DNA from: Spirochaetota bacterium
GTDB lineage: Bacteria > Spirochaetota > UBA4802 > UBA5550
Length of the DNA stretch: 64,000 nt
Reading direction: 5' to 3'
NCBI GenBank assembly: GCA_040768125.1
Contig: JAXGNG010000001.1
Coordinates: 1,095,318-1,159,317 of the forward strand
A model generated the notes under the pieces. That model was given only the letters and a program-made list of their open reading frames with translations. It had not been told where the DNA came from and ran no database searches. Positions 19,192 through 30,031 of this stretch are shown in pieces. The position numbers and the translations under genes were made by a program. Each line of letters begins with the position of its first letter. The stretch's first letter is position 1.

Positions 19192-20394
19192 ATGAATTCT
19201 TCCAGAGCCGCCGTGTCCCCCTACCGCTGGGTTGTGCTTATCCTCTTCATGCTTCCGGCAATATCCACCCAGATACAGTGGATCACCTTCGCGCCCATTG
19301 CCAAGGACGCGGCGGCATTCTACACGGGCGGCGACGCCGAGGCGATCGACATGCTTGCCGTGGTGTTCATGCTGGCCTACATTCCGATCTCGTTCCCCGC
19401 TTCATGGTGCATCGACCGGTTCGGCCTGAAATGGGGCACCGGTATCGGGGTCATCATTCTGGGCCTTTCGGGGTTCACGCGCATTTTTGCCCCTGATTAC
19501 GCCTGGCTCCTCGCGCTTCAGATCGGGTGCGCCATAGGACAGCCCTTCGTGCTCAATTCATTCAGCAAGCTTTCCGCCAACTGGTTTCCCCGGGAAGAGG
19601 AAGCCCTCGCCACGGGATTGATCACCATGTCGCTTTTCCTCGGCCTCGCGTCTGCCATGTTCGCGGGGGATTTTATCCTCGCGTATTACAGGAACCTGGG
19701 GGACCCGCGACAGGGGATTGATATGATCCTGAAGATTTACGGTATATTTTCCCTGGCGGGCATGGTCCTCTATCTCCTGCTGGTGAAAGACAAACCAGAA
19801 ACGCCGCCGAACCCGATAGCCGCCGAAAGGAAGGTCTCGATGCTCATCGGGATACGGTCCCTCTTCAAGAACAGGGACTTCCTCTACCTCACGGGAGCGT
19901 TCTTTATCGGCCTCGGCGCGTTCAACGCGATTTCCTCAAAAATTGATTTTATATTCAATCGTCCTCTCGATATCGAATCATCGCTCGCTCCCGGGATTAT
20001 CGGCGGCCTGTTGATCGTGGGCGGCCTCTTCGGCGCGGTGATCATCTCCGCCCTTTCAGACAAATTCAGGAAGCGCAGATTGTTCCTGGTATTGACCATG
20101 GTAGCGGCCATTCCCTTTACGCTTATTCTGAACTATCTCCCGCTTATCGTGCCCCTTGGAATCACGGCCTTCGCCTTCGGCTTTTTCCTTGTTTCCGCGC
20201 TTCCCGTGGGACTTACCTACGCCGTGGAGAAAACACATCCCGTTCCCGAGGCAACATCCAACGGCATCCTCATGCTGAGCGGCCAGGTGAGCGGTATCAT
20301 TTTCGCGCTCTTCTTCAACATGCTTGCGATCTGCGCCCTGTTTATCGTGGGCCTTTTCTGTACCATCAAGTTATCGGAAATATCCAGGAATTGA
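19192..20394 (+). CDS. MFS transporter
   Basis: 12 predicted TM helices; MFS-like loop motifs (...DRFGLKWGTGIG...). GGAG RBS before ATG 19192; track start 19105 is over-extended. Confidence 0.85.
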   Translation: MNSSRAAVSPYRWVVLILFMLPAISTQIQWITFAPIAKDAAAFYTGGDAEAIDMLAVVFMLAYIPISFPASWCIDRFGLKWGTGIGVIILGLSGFTRIFAPDYAWLLALQIGCAIGQPFVLNSFSKLSANWFPREEEALATGLITMSLFLGLASAMFAGDFILAYYRNLGDPRQGIDMILKIYGIFSLAGMVLYLLLVKDKPETPPNPIAAERKVSMLIGIRSLFKNRDFLYLTGAFFIGLGAFNAISSKIDFIFNRPLDIESSLAPGIIGGLLIVGGLFGAVIISALSDKFRKRRLFLVLTMVAAIPFTLILNYLPLIVPLGITAFAFGFFLVSALPVGLTYAVEKTHPVPEATSNGILMLSGQVSGIIFALFFNMLAICALFIVGLFCTIKLSEISRN

Positions 20395-20407
20395 ATCAGC
20401 ACGGGGA

Positions 20408-21691
20408 ATGACGGGCCGACGGAAACAGGAACAATCAAAGAAAGGGCGAGGGCCCCGGGAGCCCGCCGGGCGGATGTCGCGTTCCGAACGCCTCTTTTCC
20501 CTTCCGCATGGCCAGATCGCGAAAAGAATCAAGAGCCGGTTTTTTCTCCCCCGCTTCATGCGGGACATCAAACGACAGGGCCTGGGGGAGTTCATCGACG
20601 GGAACAGGCTCACCCTGTATACGGACGGCGACGCCTTTTTCGAGAGTTTCTTTGGGACGATCAGGAACGCCCGCCTCAGCATCAACCTTGAGACATATAT
20701 CTTCAACAGCGACGAGGTGGGATGGAAGACGGCGCGCCTGCTGGTCAAGAAGGCCCGGTCGGGCGTCGAGGTGAACGTGATCTACGACGCCGTGGGCTGC
20801 ATCGCCACTTCGCCGGCCATGTTCAGCTACATGCGGAGGGGCGGGGTGGAGCTCGTGGAGTATCACCCCCTCCTGCCCTGGAGAAAGTACTGGAATATAA
20901 CCCTGAGGGATCACCGGAAGATACTGGTTGTGGACGGAACCACCGCCTTTGTCGGTGGAATGAATATTGGCCTGGAGTATGCCGGGAAAAAGATGGGGGG
21001 AAAGAACTGGCGGGACACCCACATGAAGATAGAGGGGCCGGCGGCCAGGAGCATCGAGTATTTCTTCATGGAGAACTGGCATCGCCAGGGCGGGGCCGTG
21101 ATGGATATCAGCCGGCATTTCGCCCCGGTACGGAAGAAGGGCGACAGGCTGGTCATGACATTGAGCAGCACCTCGAGGAGGGGCATCAAGCCCATCCAGG
21201 TCGCCTATACCTCCGCCATACGGAGCGCCCGCGGCTCCGTGTACATCACCAACGCGTACTTCATACCCGACAGGAAAATCTTCAGGGCCCTTGTCGGGGC
21301 GGCCAGGCGGGGAGTGGATGTACGCCTGATACTGCCGGGGAAGAGCGATCTGAGGGTGGTGCAGCATGCCAGCAGGTACCTCTACAAGCGCTACCTCAGG
21401 AAGGGCATCAGGGTGTTCGAGTACCAGGAAAACATTCTTCACGCCAAGACGGCCGTTATCGACGGCCTCTGGTCCACCGTGGGCTCATCAAACCTGGACC
21501 GGAGGAGCTTCAAGAAGAACCGCGAAATAAACGCCATCGTGCTGGGGAATGAATTCGGGAAAAAGATGGTAAGGGTGTTTCGCGATGACGAAAAAAAAAG
21601 CAAGGAGCTGCTTCTCGATCATTGGAACAGGCGCTCGCCCCTCGATTTCATGCTGGAATGGCTGGCGTATCGCTTCCGGAATCTCCTCTAG
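20408..21691 (+). CDS. Cardiolipin synthase / phospholipase D family protein (ClsB-like, two HKD motifs)
   Basis: HKD motif 1 RDHRKILVVDGTTAFVGGMNI and HKD motif 2 LHAKTAVIDGLWSTVGSSNLDRRS. No N-terminal TM helices. Start is 20408 or 20474. Confidence 0.85.
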   Translation: MTGRRKQEQSKKGRGPREPAGRMSRSERLFSLPHGQIAKRIKSRFFLPRFMRDIKRQGLGEFIDGNRLTLYTDGDAFFESFFGTIRNARLSINLETYIFNSDEVGWKTARLLVKKARSGVEVNVIYDAVGCIATSPAMFSYMRRGGVELVEYHPLLPWRKYWNITLRDHRKILVVDGTTAFVGGMNIGLEYAGKKMGGKNWRDTHMKIEGPAARSIEYFFMENWHRQGGAVMDISRHFAPVRKKGDRLVMTLSSTSRRGIKPIQVAYTSAIRSARGSVYITNAYFIPDRKIFRALVGAARRGVDVRLILPGKSDLRVVQHASRYLYKRYLRKGIRVFEYQENILHAKTAVIDGLWSTVGSSNLDRRSFKKNREINAIVLGNEFGKKMVRVFRDDEKKSKELLLDHWNRRSPLDFMLEWLAYRFRNLL

Positions 21692-21742
21692 ATGTTTCCC
21701 GATGAAAGATGGGTATCGGAGTTGTCCGGGACGCCGGCGTTA

Positions 21743-24001
21743 TCATGGCGCGCCGCCGCGTAATGCCGCATGGACGCCCTGGAGCAGGTCCTGCATGGAA
21801 TAGGGCTTCTGAAGAAAGGGGTGGTTTTTTTCGGCGATCGTGTCGATTCGGGACCGCTCTCCCGTGTAGCCGCTGCTCAGCAGAACCTTCAGTCGCGGGT
21901 TCATCGACGTGAGCTCCTCGGCAAGCTGGATGCCGTTCTTTCCGGGGAGCACGACGTCGGAGAAGAGGAGATCGATACCGCCTCCCGTTTCCCTGAAGCG
22001 CTCTATCGCCTCTTCCGCCCCCCGGGCCTCGATGACCGTGTACCCTCTGTCGCGGAGGACCCTGGATGCGAAGGCGCGCACGTTGTCGTGGTCCTCGACG
22101 AGAAGGACCCGCTCCCCCCTGCCGGAACGTTCCTCATCAATTTTCGGGATTGGTTCCACGGAGGAGGTTGCCTTCGACGCGACGGGAAGAAAGACCCTGA
22201 TCCTGGTCCCCCTGTCGGGTTCGCTGGACACGTCTATCCATCCTCCATGCTGCCTGACGATGCCGTACACGACGGAGAGCCCGAGTCCCGTCCCTTGCTC
22301 CGGGGGCTTGGTGCTGAAAAACGGCTCGAACATCTGGTCCCTCGTCTCCTTCGCCATGCCCTTCCCGGTATCCTCGATCGAAATAAACACGTAGCTCCCC
22401 GGGTGTGCCTCCGGCATACCGGGGGCGGCTCCGTCGGCGATCTCGGTGTTTCCCGTCTCCACCGTGAGGGTGCCGTTCGAGGGCATTGCGTCGCAGGCGT
22501 TTATCACGAGGTTAAGCACCACCTGGTCGATCTGGGACGGATCCGCGAAGATCGGCCTGACGTCCTTGCCAAGGCGCAGCAGGAGCTCAATGCTTTCCCC
22601 GGTGAAGCGCCGCAGCATTTTTTCCAGGTTCTTGATCGAATCGTTCAGGTCGATGACGCTGGGCCTGAGCATCTGGTTTTTCCCGAAGGCGAGGAGCTGG
22701 CGCGTGATCCCGGCGGAGACGGTTCCCGCCTTGACGATCTCGTCGACGAGCCCTTTCCTGTGATCGTCCGGGTCCATTTCCGCCATGAGGACCTGGCCGA
22801 ATCCGAGGATGGCCGTGAGGATATTGTTGTAATCGTGGGCGATCCCCCCGGTGAGCCTTCCGAGGGACTCCATTCTCTGCGCCCGGGTGAGGCGCTCCTC
22901 GATCATTTTCATCTCCGTGATATCGCTCACGATGGTGGCGATGTTGATCGGCAGGCCCCGCTCGTCTCGTATGAAGAATATGTTCTGAAGGGTGGCGATT
23001 TCTTCTCCCCTGTTGTTCATGATCGGCAGTTCCCCCGTCCACTGCCCCTCGCCGCGCACCCGGGGCATGATCTCGTTCTTGATCCGGGCGCGCGCATCCT
23101 TTGAATAGTAGTTGCGGGTGTTCGTCCCGATCGCCTCCTGGAGGTCCCCGGCCCCGATAATGCGGAGAAGGGAGGGATTGAGATAGATGAGGGTCCCGTC
23201 GATTCGGGCGATGCAGAACCCCTGGCCGGCCTCGTCGACGAACTTCTTGAAGATGCCGAGGTCCTTGTTCGCCTCGAGGAGCTCCCCGTAGGTGTGGCTG
23301 AGCTCCTCGTTCATGGATTCCATTTCCTCGTACATGGCCTCGAGCTCCTGGACCTTGGTGCCCAGGTTCTCGCCGAGGTTCCTGTTCGTTTCAAGCTCCG
23401 CGTTCAGCTTCCTGAACATGGCATCAGTGATGGAGGTGATGAGATACGAGAGGAGCGCGACCCCGACGATGGCGATGACCAGGTTCAGGGTGGCCCCATA
23501 GAGTTCCCTTGTGCCGGTCATCGGATAGTGGCGGGGAATCATGAACGCACCCGCCGCGGCCAATAGGATAAACACCCCCGCCATGGACACCAGGAGCCTT
23601 CGGCCCCCGAAGAGCGAAGCGAAGGCGAGGGCGATAAAAATGAAAACGACATTGTTGTTTGAGCCGGTCAGGATTATCGCGTCGAGCTTGATCGTTATTC
23701 CCGCGACGACGCGGATCGTCATGCACAGGGCGACGACAACGACCGCGGGGGTATACCGTCCCCTCCAGAGCAGGAAGAGTGAGATCACGAGGCCGGCAAT
23801 GGCCAGGGCGTTCGCGTAGTTGATCTCCGCGGGATGGGTCGAAACGTCGGTGGTGACATTCGCCAGGAAGGGGACCACGAGGAGGGGGATGAAGAGGGCG
23901 GAAACAAGGAAAAGAATAAACGCCTTCTGCCTGGTTACATAGGATTCATTTCTGTATTTCGAAATGAATGTTGTTTTAATCCAGCGTATCATACGGCGCA
24001 T
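21743..24001 (-). CDS. Hybrid sensor histidine kinase/response regulator (membrane sensor - PAS - HisKA - HATPase - REC)
   Basis: N-terminal ~5 TM helices; PAS (GFCIARIDGTLIYLNPS...); H-box ESLGRLTGGIAHDYNNIL; N/G boxes (LVINACDAM, DTGKGM, GTGLGLS); C-terminal REC (VLLVEDHDNVR...LFSDVVLPGKNG...KPY). Confidence 0.9.
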   Translation of the reverse strand: MRRMIRWIKTTFISKYRNESYVTRQKAFILFLVSALFIPLLVVPFLANVTTDVSTHPAEINYANALAIAGLVISLFLLWRGRYTPAVVVVALCMTIRVVAGITIKLDAIILTGSNNNVVFIFIALAFASLFGGRRLLVSMAGVFILLAAAGAFMIPRHYPMTGTRELYGATLNLVIAIVGVALLSYLITSITDAMFRKLNAELETNRNLGENLGTKVQELEAMYEEMESMNEELSHTYGELLEANKDLGIFKKFVDEAGQGFCIARIDGTLIYLNPSLLRIIGAGDLQEAIGTNTRNYYSKDARARIKNEIMPRVRGEGQWTGELPIMNNRGEEIATLQNIFFIRDERGLPINIATIVSDITEMKMIEERLTRAQRMESLGRLTGGIAHDYNNILTAILGFGQVLMAEMDPDDHRKGLVDEIVKAGTVSAGITRQLLAFGKNQMLRPSVIDLNDSIKNLEKMLRRFTGESIELLLRLGKDVRPIFADPSQIDQVVLNLVINACDAMPSNGTLTVETGNTEIADGAAPGMPEAHPGSYVFISIEDTGKGMAKETRDQMFEPFFSTKPPEQGTGLGLSVVYGIVRQHGGWIDVSSEPDRGTRIRVFLPVASKATSSVEPIPKIDEERSGRGERVLLVEDHDNVRAFASRVLRDRGYTVIEARGAEEAIERFRETGGGIDLLFSDVVLPGKNGIQLAEELTSMNPRLKVLLSSGYTGERSRIDTIAEKNHPFLQKPYSMQDLLQGVHAALRGGAP

Positions 24002-24307
24002 TCGGTACCTGATGCCGGCTTCGCGGCCGCAAGAGGGAGGCGATGAATCCCGGCACGACGTTTCTCCTCAGGACGGTCGACGGCCTTTTCAATCCGATAC
24101 CCCTCGCACCAACATGATCATTCTATAGCACGGGATTGTGGCCGACAACAACTTTTTTGTCGCACGGGTCCAGGGGGAGGGTTGCATCGAATAAAAAATA
24201 TCTTGACGCGGCCCACCCCGCCCCGCCCCATATTCGTCAGTTGCCGCGGCGCGCCCCCGTATCCGGGAGCCTCGCGGTGGTGATCCCAGAATGCCGGAGC
24301 GACCCTG

Positions 24308-26386
24308 ATGCTGAAAAACGCCAATTTCCTGCTGGAGATCGGGACCGAGGAAATACCCGCCGGCTACGTGCCCCCGGCCCTGGAGTCGATCCGGGACGCG
24401 TTTTCCGGGAGCCTTGCCGGGGCCAGGATCGATTACGGCGCCATCGAGGTCAACGCGACGCCGCGCCGCTTCAGCGTCCTTGTGTCGGGACTCGCGGAGT
24501 CACAGCGGGAGGAGGAGACGGAACTGAAAGGCCCGTCGGTAAAGGCGGCCTACGGGCCCGATGGGGCCCCCACGAAGGCCCTGGAGGGATTCATGAGGGG
24601 GAATGGCCTCGTCCCCGGGGACCTCTTCACCAGGGAGTCGGACAAGGGGGGCTATGTCTTCGCCAGGAAGAAGCTCGCGGCGGAGAAGACCGCGGACCTC
24701 ATCCCGGGGATTGTCAGGAAAATCGTCGAGACCGTCCCCTTCCCGAAGCGGATGCGCTGGAGCGACAAGGGCGTGACCTTCCCCAGGCCGATTCGCTATT
24801 TTCTCATACTCTTCAACGATCGCGTGGTACCCTTCCAGATAGAGGGGATCGCGTCGTCGAACCTGACACGGGGACACTACATCCAGCACGACCGCATGGT
24901 CGAGGTGAAGAAAATCTCCGGGTACGGCGATCTCCTGGAAAAGCATGGCGTCATCCTCGACCAGGAGGAACGAAGGGAGATGATACGGGCGGGCCTCTCC
25001 GATGCTGCGAAGAAGGCCGGCGGGAATCTCCTTGAGGACGACGAGCTTCTGGATACCGTGACCTTCCTGGTGGAGAATCCCGTGCCCTGCACCTGCCGCT
25101 TCGACCGGGAGTTCCTCTCCCTTCCCGACATCGTCCTGATCGCCGAGATGCGGGAGCACCAGAAATACTTTTCCGTGGTCGACGGCGAGGGCCGTCTCAC
25201 CGACGCCTTCCTCGCCGTGTCGAACAATCCCGTGACCGAAAACGTGCGCGAGGGGAACGAGCGCGTCATCTCGGCACGGTTCAGCGACGCGCGGTTCTTC
25301 TACGAGGAAGACCGCAAGGTCCCCCTGGGGGACCGCGTGGAGTCCCTGAAGACGGTCCTCTTCCACAAGGAGCTCGGCTCGATATACGACAAGGTGGTGA
25401 GGATGGCCGGGGTGGCCTCGCGGATATCACGGGCCCTGGGCCTCGGCGACGGGGAGGCGAAGAAGATCGCACGCGCCATCGACCTCTGCAAGACGGACCT
25501 GATGACCGCCGTGATCTTCGAGTTCCCGTCCCTCCAGGGGAAAGTCGGCAGGGTCTACGCCCTTGCCGAGGGGGAGGACCCCGAAGTGGCGGACGCCATC
25601 GAGGACCACTACAAGCCGCGCTACAGCGGTGAGCCCCTTCCCGCGGCCATGGTCTCCGTGGTGGTGTCCCTGGCCGAGAAGATCGACAACATCTTCGGCT
25701 CATTTTCCGTGGGCAACATCCCGAAGGGTTCGGCGGACCCCTACGCCCTCCGGCGCCAGGCGAACGCCATCGTCGATCTCCTTCTCTCCAACGGCATCAA
25801 CCTTCCCCTGGAGTCCCTGCTCGAATCCGTGGCCGACGAATACAGGGACGGGAAAAACCTGTCGGGGAAGATACTTGAGTTCATCGCCGCCCGGGCGAAG
25901 ACCATCTTCACCGAGAAGGGCCTGGCCCACGACGAGATCGACGCCTGCCTGGCCACCGGGGGGGGTGATTTCCTCGAGCTCTTCCGGAGGGCGGAGAGCC
26001 TGAACCGCTTCCGCCGCGACGAGAATTTCTCCCAAATGCTTCTCGGGTTCAAGCGGATGAACAACATCGTGTCGGCCTTCAGGAGGGAGCAGGGGAAGCG
26101 CGCCCTTTCCTTCGACCCCTCCCTCATCCGTCACGATGAGGAGCGGGCGCTCTTCAGCTTCTTCGAGTCAAGGTCCGGCGAGATCGCGCGCCTCATTTCC
26201 GGGAGCTCCTATATCGAGCTCTTCGGGCTCCTGATCGAGGCGAAGCCCGCCATCGACGACTTCTTCGACAAGGTCCTCGTCATGGACAAAGACGAGGCAC
26301 TGCGCGACAACCGCATCGCCCTCCTGGAGGGGATCCTCGGCCACTTCACGACCCTCCTCGATTTTTCGAGGATCGAGGACCGCTGA
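24308..26386 (+). CDS. glyS: Glycine--tRNA ligase beta subunit
   Basis: MLKNANFLLEIGTEEIPAGYVPPALESIRDAF... matches the GlyS N-terminus (E. coli FLVEIGTEELPPKAL); 692 aa. No glyQ is adjacent. Confidence 0.95.
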   Translation: MLKNANFLLEIGTEEIPAGYVPPALESIRDAFSGSLAGARIDYGAIEVNATPRRFSVLVSGLAESQREEETELKGPSVKAAYGPDGAPTKALEGFMRGNGLVPGDLFTRESDKGGYVFARKKLAAEKTADLIPGIVRKIVETVPFPKRMRWSDKGVTFPRPIRYFLILFNDRVVPFQIEGIASSNLTRGHYIQHDRMVEVKKISGYGDLLEKHGVILDQEERREMIRAGLSDAAKKAGGNLLEDDELLDTVTFLVENPVPCTCRFDREFLSLPDIVLIAEMREHQKYFSVVDGEGRLTDAFLAVSNNPVTENVREGNERVISARFSDARFFYEEDRKVPLGDRVESLKTVLFHKELGSIYDKVVRMAGVASRISRALGLGDGEAKKIARAIDLCKTDLMTAVIFEFPSLQGKVGRVYALAEGEDPEVADAIEDHYKPRYSGEPLPAAMVSVVVSLAEKIDNIFGSFSVGNIPKGSADPYALRRQANAIVDLLLSNGINLPLESLLESVADEYRDGKNLSGKILEFIAARAKTIFTEKGLAHDEIDACLATGGGDFLELFRRAESLNRFRRDENFSQMLLGFKRMNNIVSAFRREQGKRALSFDPSLIRHDEERALFSFFESRSGEIARLISGSSYIELFGLLIEAKPAIDDFFDKVLVMDKDEALRDNRIALLEGILGHFTTLLDFSRIEDR

Positions 26387-26414
26387 GGCGGTCGGTCCGG
26401 GACGGGTTCGGACG

Positions 26415-27068
26415 ATGTTTGACCCCCGGGACGGGAAGGGCTTCAGGGCGCGCATCAGGGCCTTTCTCTATCTCTCACTCTCCTTTGTTATCTACCATCT
26501 TTCTTTCAAGAGAAAGTTCACGTCCATCGGCGGCGTTCCCGCGGTCTGGGGGATATGGAACGTCGTGGTCTACGGCCCCGACATCAGCATCGGGAAAAAC
26601 GTGGTCTTCGTGGCGGCCAGCGGCTACCGCACCAACCTTTCCTCGGTGATGATCGGGGATATCCGGGGGAGGATCGCCATAGGCGACAACGTCCTGGTCA
26701 TGAACGGGGTGCGCATCAGCTCCGCCGCCTCCATCACCATCGGCGACGGCTGCATGCTCGCCAACCACTGTTACCTCACCGACGCGGACTGGCACGATAT
26801 CCATGACCGGACCAGCGCCCCCGGGAGGCGGGCTCCCATCGTCCTGGAGCGGGGGGCCTGGATCGGCGACTCCGCCATCGTGTGCAAGGGGGTGCGCGTG
26901 GGCGAGAACTCCATCGTGGGGGCAGGGGCCGTGGTGACCAAGGACGTGCCCCCCAACGTCGTGGTGGCGGGGAACCCGGCGCGGGTCGTGAAGAAGCTCG
27001 ACCCGAAAAAGGTGGTGCTCCCCGGCGACCGCGGCGCCGCGGTGGCGCGGCCCGGGGGGCGGCGATGA
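26415..27068 (+). CDS. Hexapeptide-repeat (LbH) sugar O-acetyltransferase (WcaF/WbbJ-like)
   Basis: Left-handed beta-helix repeats IGKNVVFVAASG / IAIGDNVLVMNGVRIS / ITIGDGCMLANHCYL / AWIGDSAIVCKGVRVGENSIVGAGAVV. Confidence 0.85.
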   Translation: MFDPRDGKGFRARIRAFLYLSLSFVIYHLSFKRKFTSIGGVPAVWGIWNVVVYGPDISIGKNVVFVAASGYRTNLSSVMIGDIRGRIAIGDNVLVMNGVRISSAASITIGDGCMLANHCYLTDADWHDIHDRTSAPGRRAPIVLERGAWIGDSAIVCKGVRVGENSIVGAGAVVTKDVPPNVVVAGNPARVVKKLDPKKVVLPGDRGAAVARPGGRR

Positions 27069-28303
27069 CCTCGCGGCGCCCCCTCCGCATATGCCTCCTC
27101 TGCTACCGGGGGAACCCCTATTCCGGGGGCCAGGGAATATATTTAAAGTACGTCGCCGAGGAGATGGTCCGCCAGGGTCACGAAGTCCACGCCATCGCGG
27201 GCCCCCCCTATCCCGAGTCGATGAAGGGGGTAACGCTCCACCGGATACACAACCGCCAGTATTTCGTGCGCAGGGGCCTCGACATCATCGACGCCGACGA
27301 TCCCTTCGCCATACTCTCGCCCCTGAATTTCTACGAGTATCTCTCCAGCAGAACGGGGGCCTTTTCAGAGATCAGCGCCTTCGGGTACCGCGCTTTCAAT
27401 CTTATACGGGATCTTCAGGGTAGTCGCCCCTTCGACATCATTCACGACAACCAGTCCCTGGGGTATGGCCTCCTCATGATGAAGGCCTTCGGCGTCCCCG
27501 TGGTCGCCACAATCCATCACCCCCTCACGATCGATCTCGTCAACGTCTTGGAGCGGACGGTCAAATTTAAGAACAAGCTGAAGACCGTGATGTTCTACCC
27601 CACCCTCATGCAGGCCTTCGTGGCGAAGCGCCTGGACCACGTCATCACGGTCTCCCGGGATTCGAAGAGGGCCATCGAGCGGGATTTCGGGGTCCCCGCC
27701 GGGCGCCAGACCGTGGTCTACAACGGCATCGATCGAAACGTGTTCAGGCCGGTGAAGGGGGTGAAGAAGAAGAGGGGAAACATCATTTTCGTGGGAAACA
27801 TCGAGGACGGCAAGAAGGGCTTCGCCTACCTGCTCAAGGCGATGCCGATGATCGATCCCTCCGTGACCCTCACGGCCGTGGACGGCGGGGCGCCCCACAG
27901 GAAGGTGACGGACCGGCTGATGGAGCGCCTCGGCCTCGGGGGGCGGGTGGAGTTCACCGGCAAAACCTCCACGGAGGAACTGGTGCGCCTTTACGGACGG
28001 GCTGAGATCGCCGTGGTGCCCTCGGTCTACGAGGGCTTCGGCCTTCCCGCGGCCGAGGCCATGGCCTGCGGGGTTCCCGTGGTGTCGAGCGACGGCGGCG
28101 CGCTCCCCGAGGTGGTGGGCGAGGCGGGCATTGTGACGCCGGCGCGAAACGAGAAGGCGATCGCCTCGGCGGTGAACGGGCTCATCAGCGACCGGGAGAA
28201 GCTCCGTGAGCTTTCCGGGGCGGGGATCGCGAGGGTGAAGGAGGTTTTTAACTGGGAGAGGGCGGTGGATGACATGGTCCGGGTCTACCGGGGCCTCCTC
28301 TGA
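27065..28303 (+). CDS. GT4-family glycosyltransferase
   Basis: GT-B fold with EGFGLPAAEAMACGVPVVSSDGGALPEVV (E-x7-E region). Its ATG overlaps the acetyltransferase stop (ATGA at 27065-27068), indicating translational coupling. Track start 26882 is over-extended. Confidence 0.9.
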   Translation: MTSRRPLRICLLCYRGNPYSGGQGIYLKYVAEEMVRQGHEVHAIAGPPYPESMKGVTLHRIHNRQYFVRRGLDIIDADDPFAILSPLNFYEYLSSRTGAFSEISAFGYRAFNLIRDLQGSRPFDIIHDNQSLGYGLLMMKAFGVPVVATIHHPLTIDLVNVLERTVKFKNKLKTVMFYPTLMQAFVAKRLDHVITVSRDSKRAIERDFGVPAGRQTVVYNGIDRNVFRPVKGVKKKRGNIIFVGNIEDGKKGFAYLLKAMPMIDPSVTLTAVDGGAPHRKVTDRLMERLGLGGRVEFTGKTSTEELVRLYGRAEIAVVPSVYEGFGLPAAEAMACGVPVVSSDGGALPEVVGEAGIVTPARNEKAIASAVNGLISDREKLRELSGAGIARVKEVFNWERAVDDMVRVYRGLL

Positions 28304-28337
28304 AAGACGGGAATTTATCCGCTTTTTTTTCATGATC

Positions 28338-28367
28338 TTGACAAAACTCCCGAGGGTGTGCTATACA
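28338..28367 (+). promoter_or_regulatory. Sigma70-like promoter candidate upstream of the MCP gene
   Basis: TTGACA (28338-28343), 18-nt spacer, TATACA (28362-28367). It follows a T8 tract after the GT4 stop. Confidence 0.3.
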
Positions 28368-28419
28368 AGCTCACCGCCCGGAAGGAACGGTCCTTCGATT
28401 CAGGGCGGGAGGCATTTCC

Positions 28420-30012
28420 ATGACACGGTTTATCCACGCAATGCTGCGGCGTTATGACGACGCGTCGTATGAGCTCAGGGGGCGGGTGAGGATCTACCTC
28501 TATTTCAGCCTCGGGATCATGCCCATCCTGGTGGTCTTCATCACCTTCATGAACATCATCTCGCCTCGGAGCCCCTTCCAGGCGCTGAACCTCGTGGTGT
28601 TCGGCATCATCTTCCTGCTGGGGGCGGGCCTCTTCCTCGTGGCGCGGGGCTACTATAACATCGCGGTGACCACCTTCACCTTCGCGGTCATGGCGGGGCT
28701 CATTTTCAACGCCGTCGGAACGGAGCGGCACGGTAACGCAGAGCGATACGTGGCGAGCATCTTTTCGTTCATCATGCCGATCCTCTTCAGCACCCTCTTC
28801 TGCCGACGCTGGGTTTTCATAACGGTGTCGGTCATCGCCGAGGCGGCGCTGGTCTACTGCGTCGTCGCATCGTCGATAATCGAACCGGGAGTCAGGGGCG
28901 TCATCATGGGATCGATGAGCCTCACCCTGGTGATATCATTTATCATCGGCCTGATCCTGAATCGCCTCCACGAGACGACCAGGCGCCTCAGGAGCGAGGA
29001 GACGGAGCGGGAGCGGATGCGCCAGAGCGCCATCAACGAGGGGCTCATGGTGTCCATGCGCGATGTCTCGGCGCGGCTGGACGATTCCTCCCTGGATCTC
29101 TCGCGCAACGCCGGGGACTTCGCCAGGAACATCCAGAACCAGGCCGCGGCCATCGAGGAGATCACCGCCACCATGGAGGAGATCTCGGCGGGATCCGACC
29201 AGGTGAGCGCGGGCGCCCGGACCCAGTCCGAGGCGATGGCGCGCCTCCTGGAGCTCATGGACGGCCTCTCGCGCATCACCGGGGAGATGGAGGGCCGCAT
29301 CACCGCCGCGCTCAAACGCACGGAGCAGATCGCCGCCACGGCCCGTACCGGGGAGGCCCACATCATACGCATGGACGAGAGCATGTCCGCCGTGGGGGCC
29401 ACGTCGAAGGAGATGTCGGGAATCCTCGGGATCATCAACGAGATATCGGACCGGATAAACCTTCTCTCCCTGAACGCCTCCATCGAGGCGGCGCGGGCCG
29501 GCGAGTACGGTCGGGGTTTCGCCGTCGTGGCCGACGAGATCGCCAAGCTCGCCGAGCAGACCTCGACGAGCGTGAAGGAGATCGACACGCTCATCCGCAA
29601 GAGCGACGAGGAGGTCCGCAAGGGAACGGCGGGGGTCCAGGACACGGTGTCGGTCATCCGGGAGATCCTGTCGGGCGTGGAGGAAAACAACCGCATGATC
29701 GAAGGGGTCAGCTCCGGCATGGGGACCTACATCGAGTCGAACAGGAGGGCCCACGATGAGGTGCGCGGCGTCAGGGCCAGGTCTGACGAGATTGACCACG
29801 CGACGCGGGACCAGAAGATCGCGGCCGAGGAGGTCGTGGGGACCATCACGAACATCAACCAGATGTCCCAGGCGAACGCATCGGCGGCGGAGGACATCAC
29901 CGGGCATTCCCGGGCCATCGCCGATATGGCGAAGGACCTGAAGGAGAAAATCGCTTCCTTCGAGGGCGACGCCGTCGTCGAAGAGGAAGGGGACGAGATC
30001 GCCGCGTCCTAG
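28420..30012 (+). CDS. Methyl-accepting chemotaxis protein (multi-TM sensor + MCP signalling domain)
   Basis: Four or more N-terminal TM helices. Highly conserved MCP signalling hairpin [44 protein letters not shown]. Confidence 0.9.
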   Translation: MTRFIHAMLRRYDDASYELRGRVRIYLYFSLGIMPILVVFITFMNIISPRSPFQALNLVVFGIIFLLGAGLFLVARGYYNIAVTTFTFAVMAGLIFNAVGTERHGNAERYVASIFSFIMPILFSTLFCRRWVFITVSVIAEAALVYCVVASSIIEPGVRGVIMGSMSLTLVISFIIGLILNRLHETTRRLRSEETERERMRQSAINEGLMVSMRDVSARLDDSSLDLSRNAGDFARNIQNQAAAIEEITATMEEISAGSDQVSAGARTQSEAMARLLELMDGLSRITGEMEGRITAALKRTEQIAATARTGEAHIIRMDESMSAVGATSKEMSGILGIINEISDRINLLSLNASIEAARAGEYGRGFAVVADEIAKLAEQTSTSVKEIDTLIRKSDEEVRKGTAGVQDTVSVIREILSGVEENNRMIEGVSSGMGTYIESNRRAHDEVRGVRARSDEIDHATRDQKIAAEEVVGTITNINQMSQANASAAEDITGHSRAIADMAKDLKEKIASFEGDAVVEEEGDEIAAS

Positions 30013-30031
30013 TGGACGGGGGGTACCCGTT

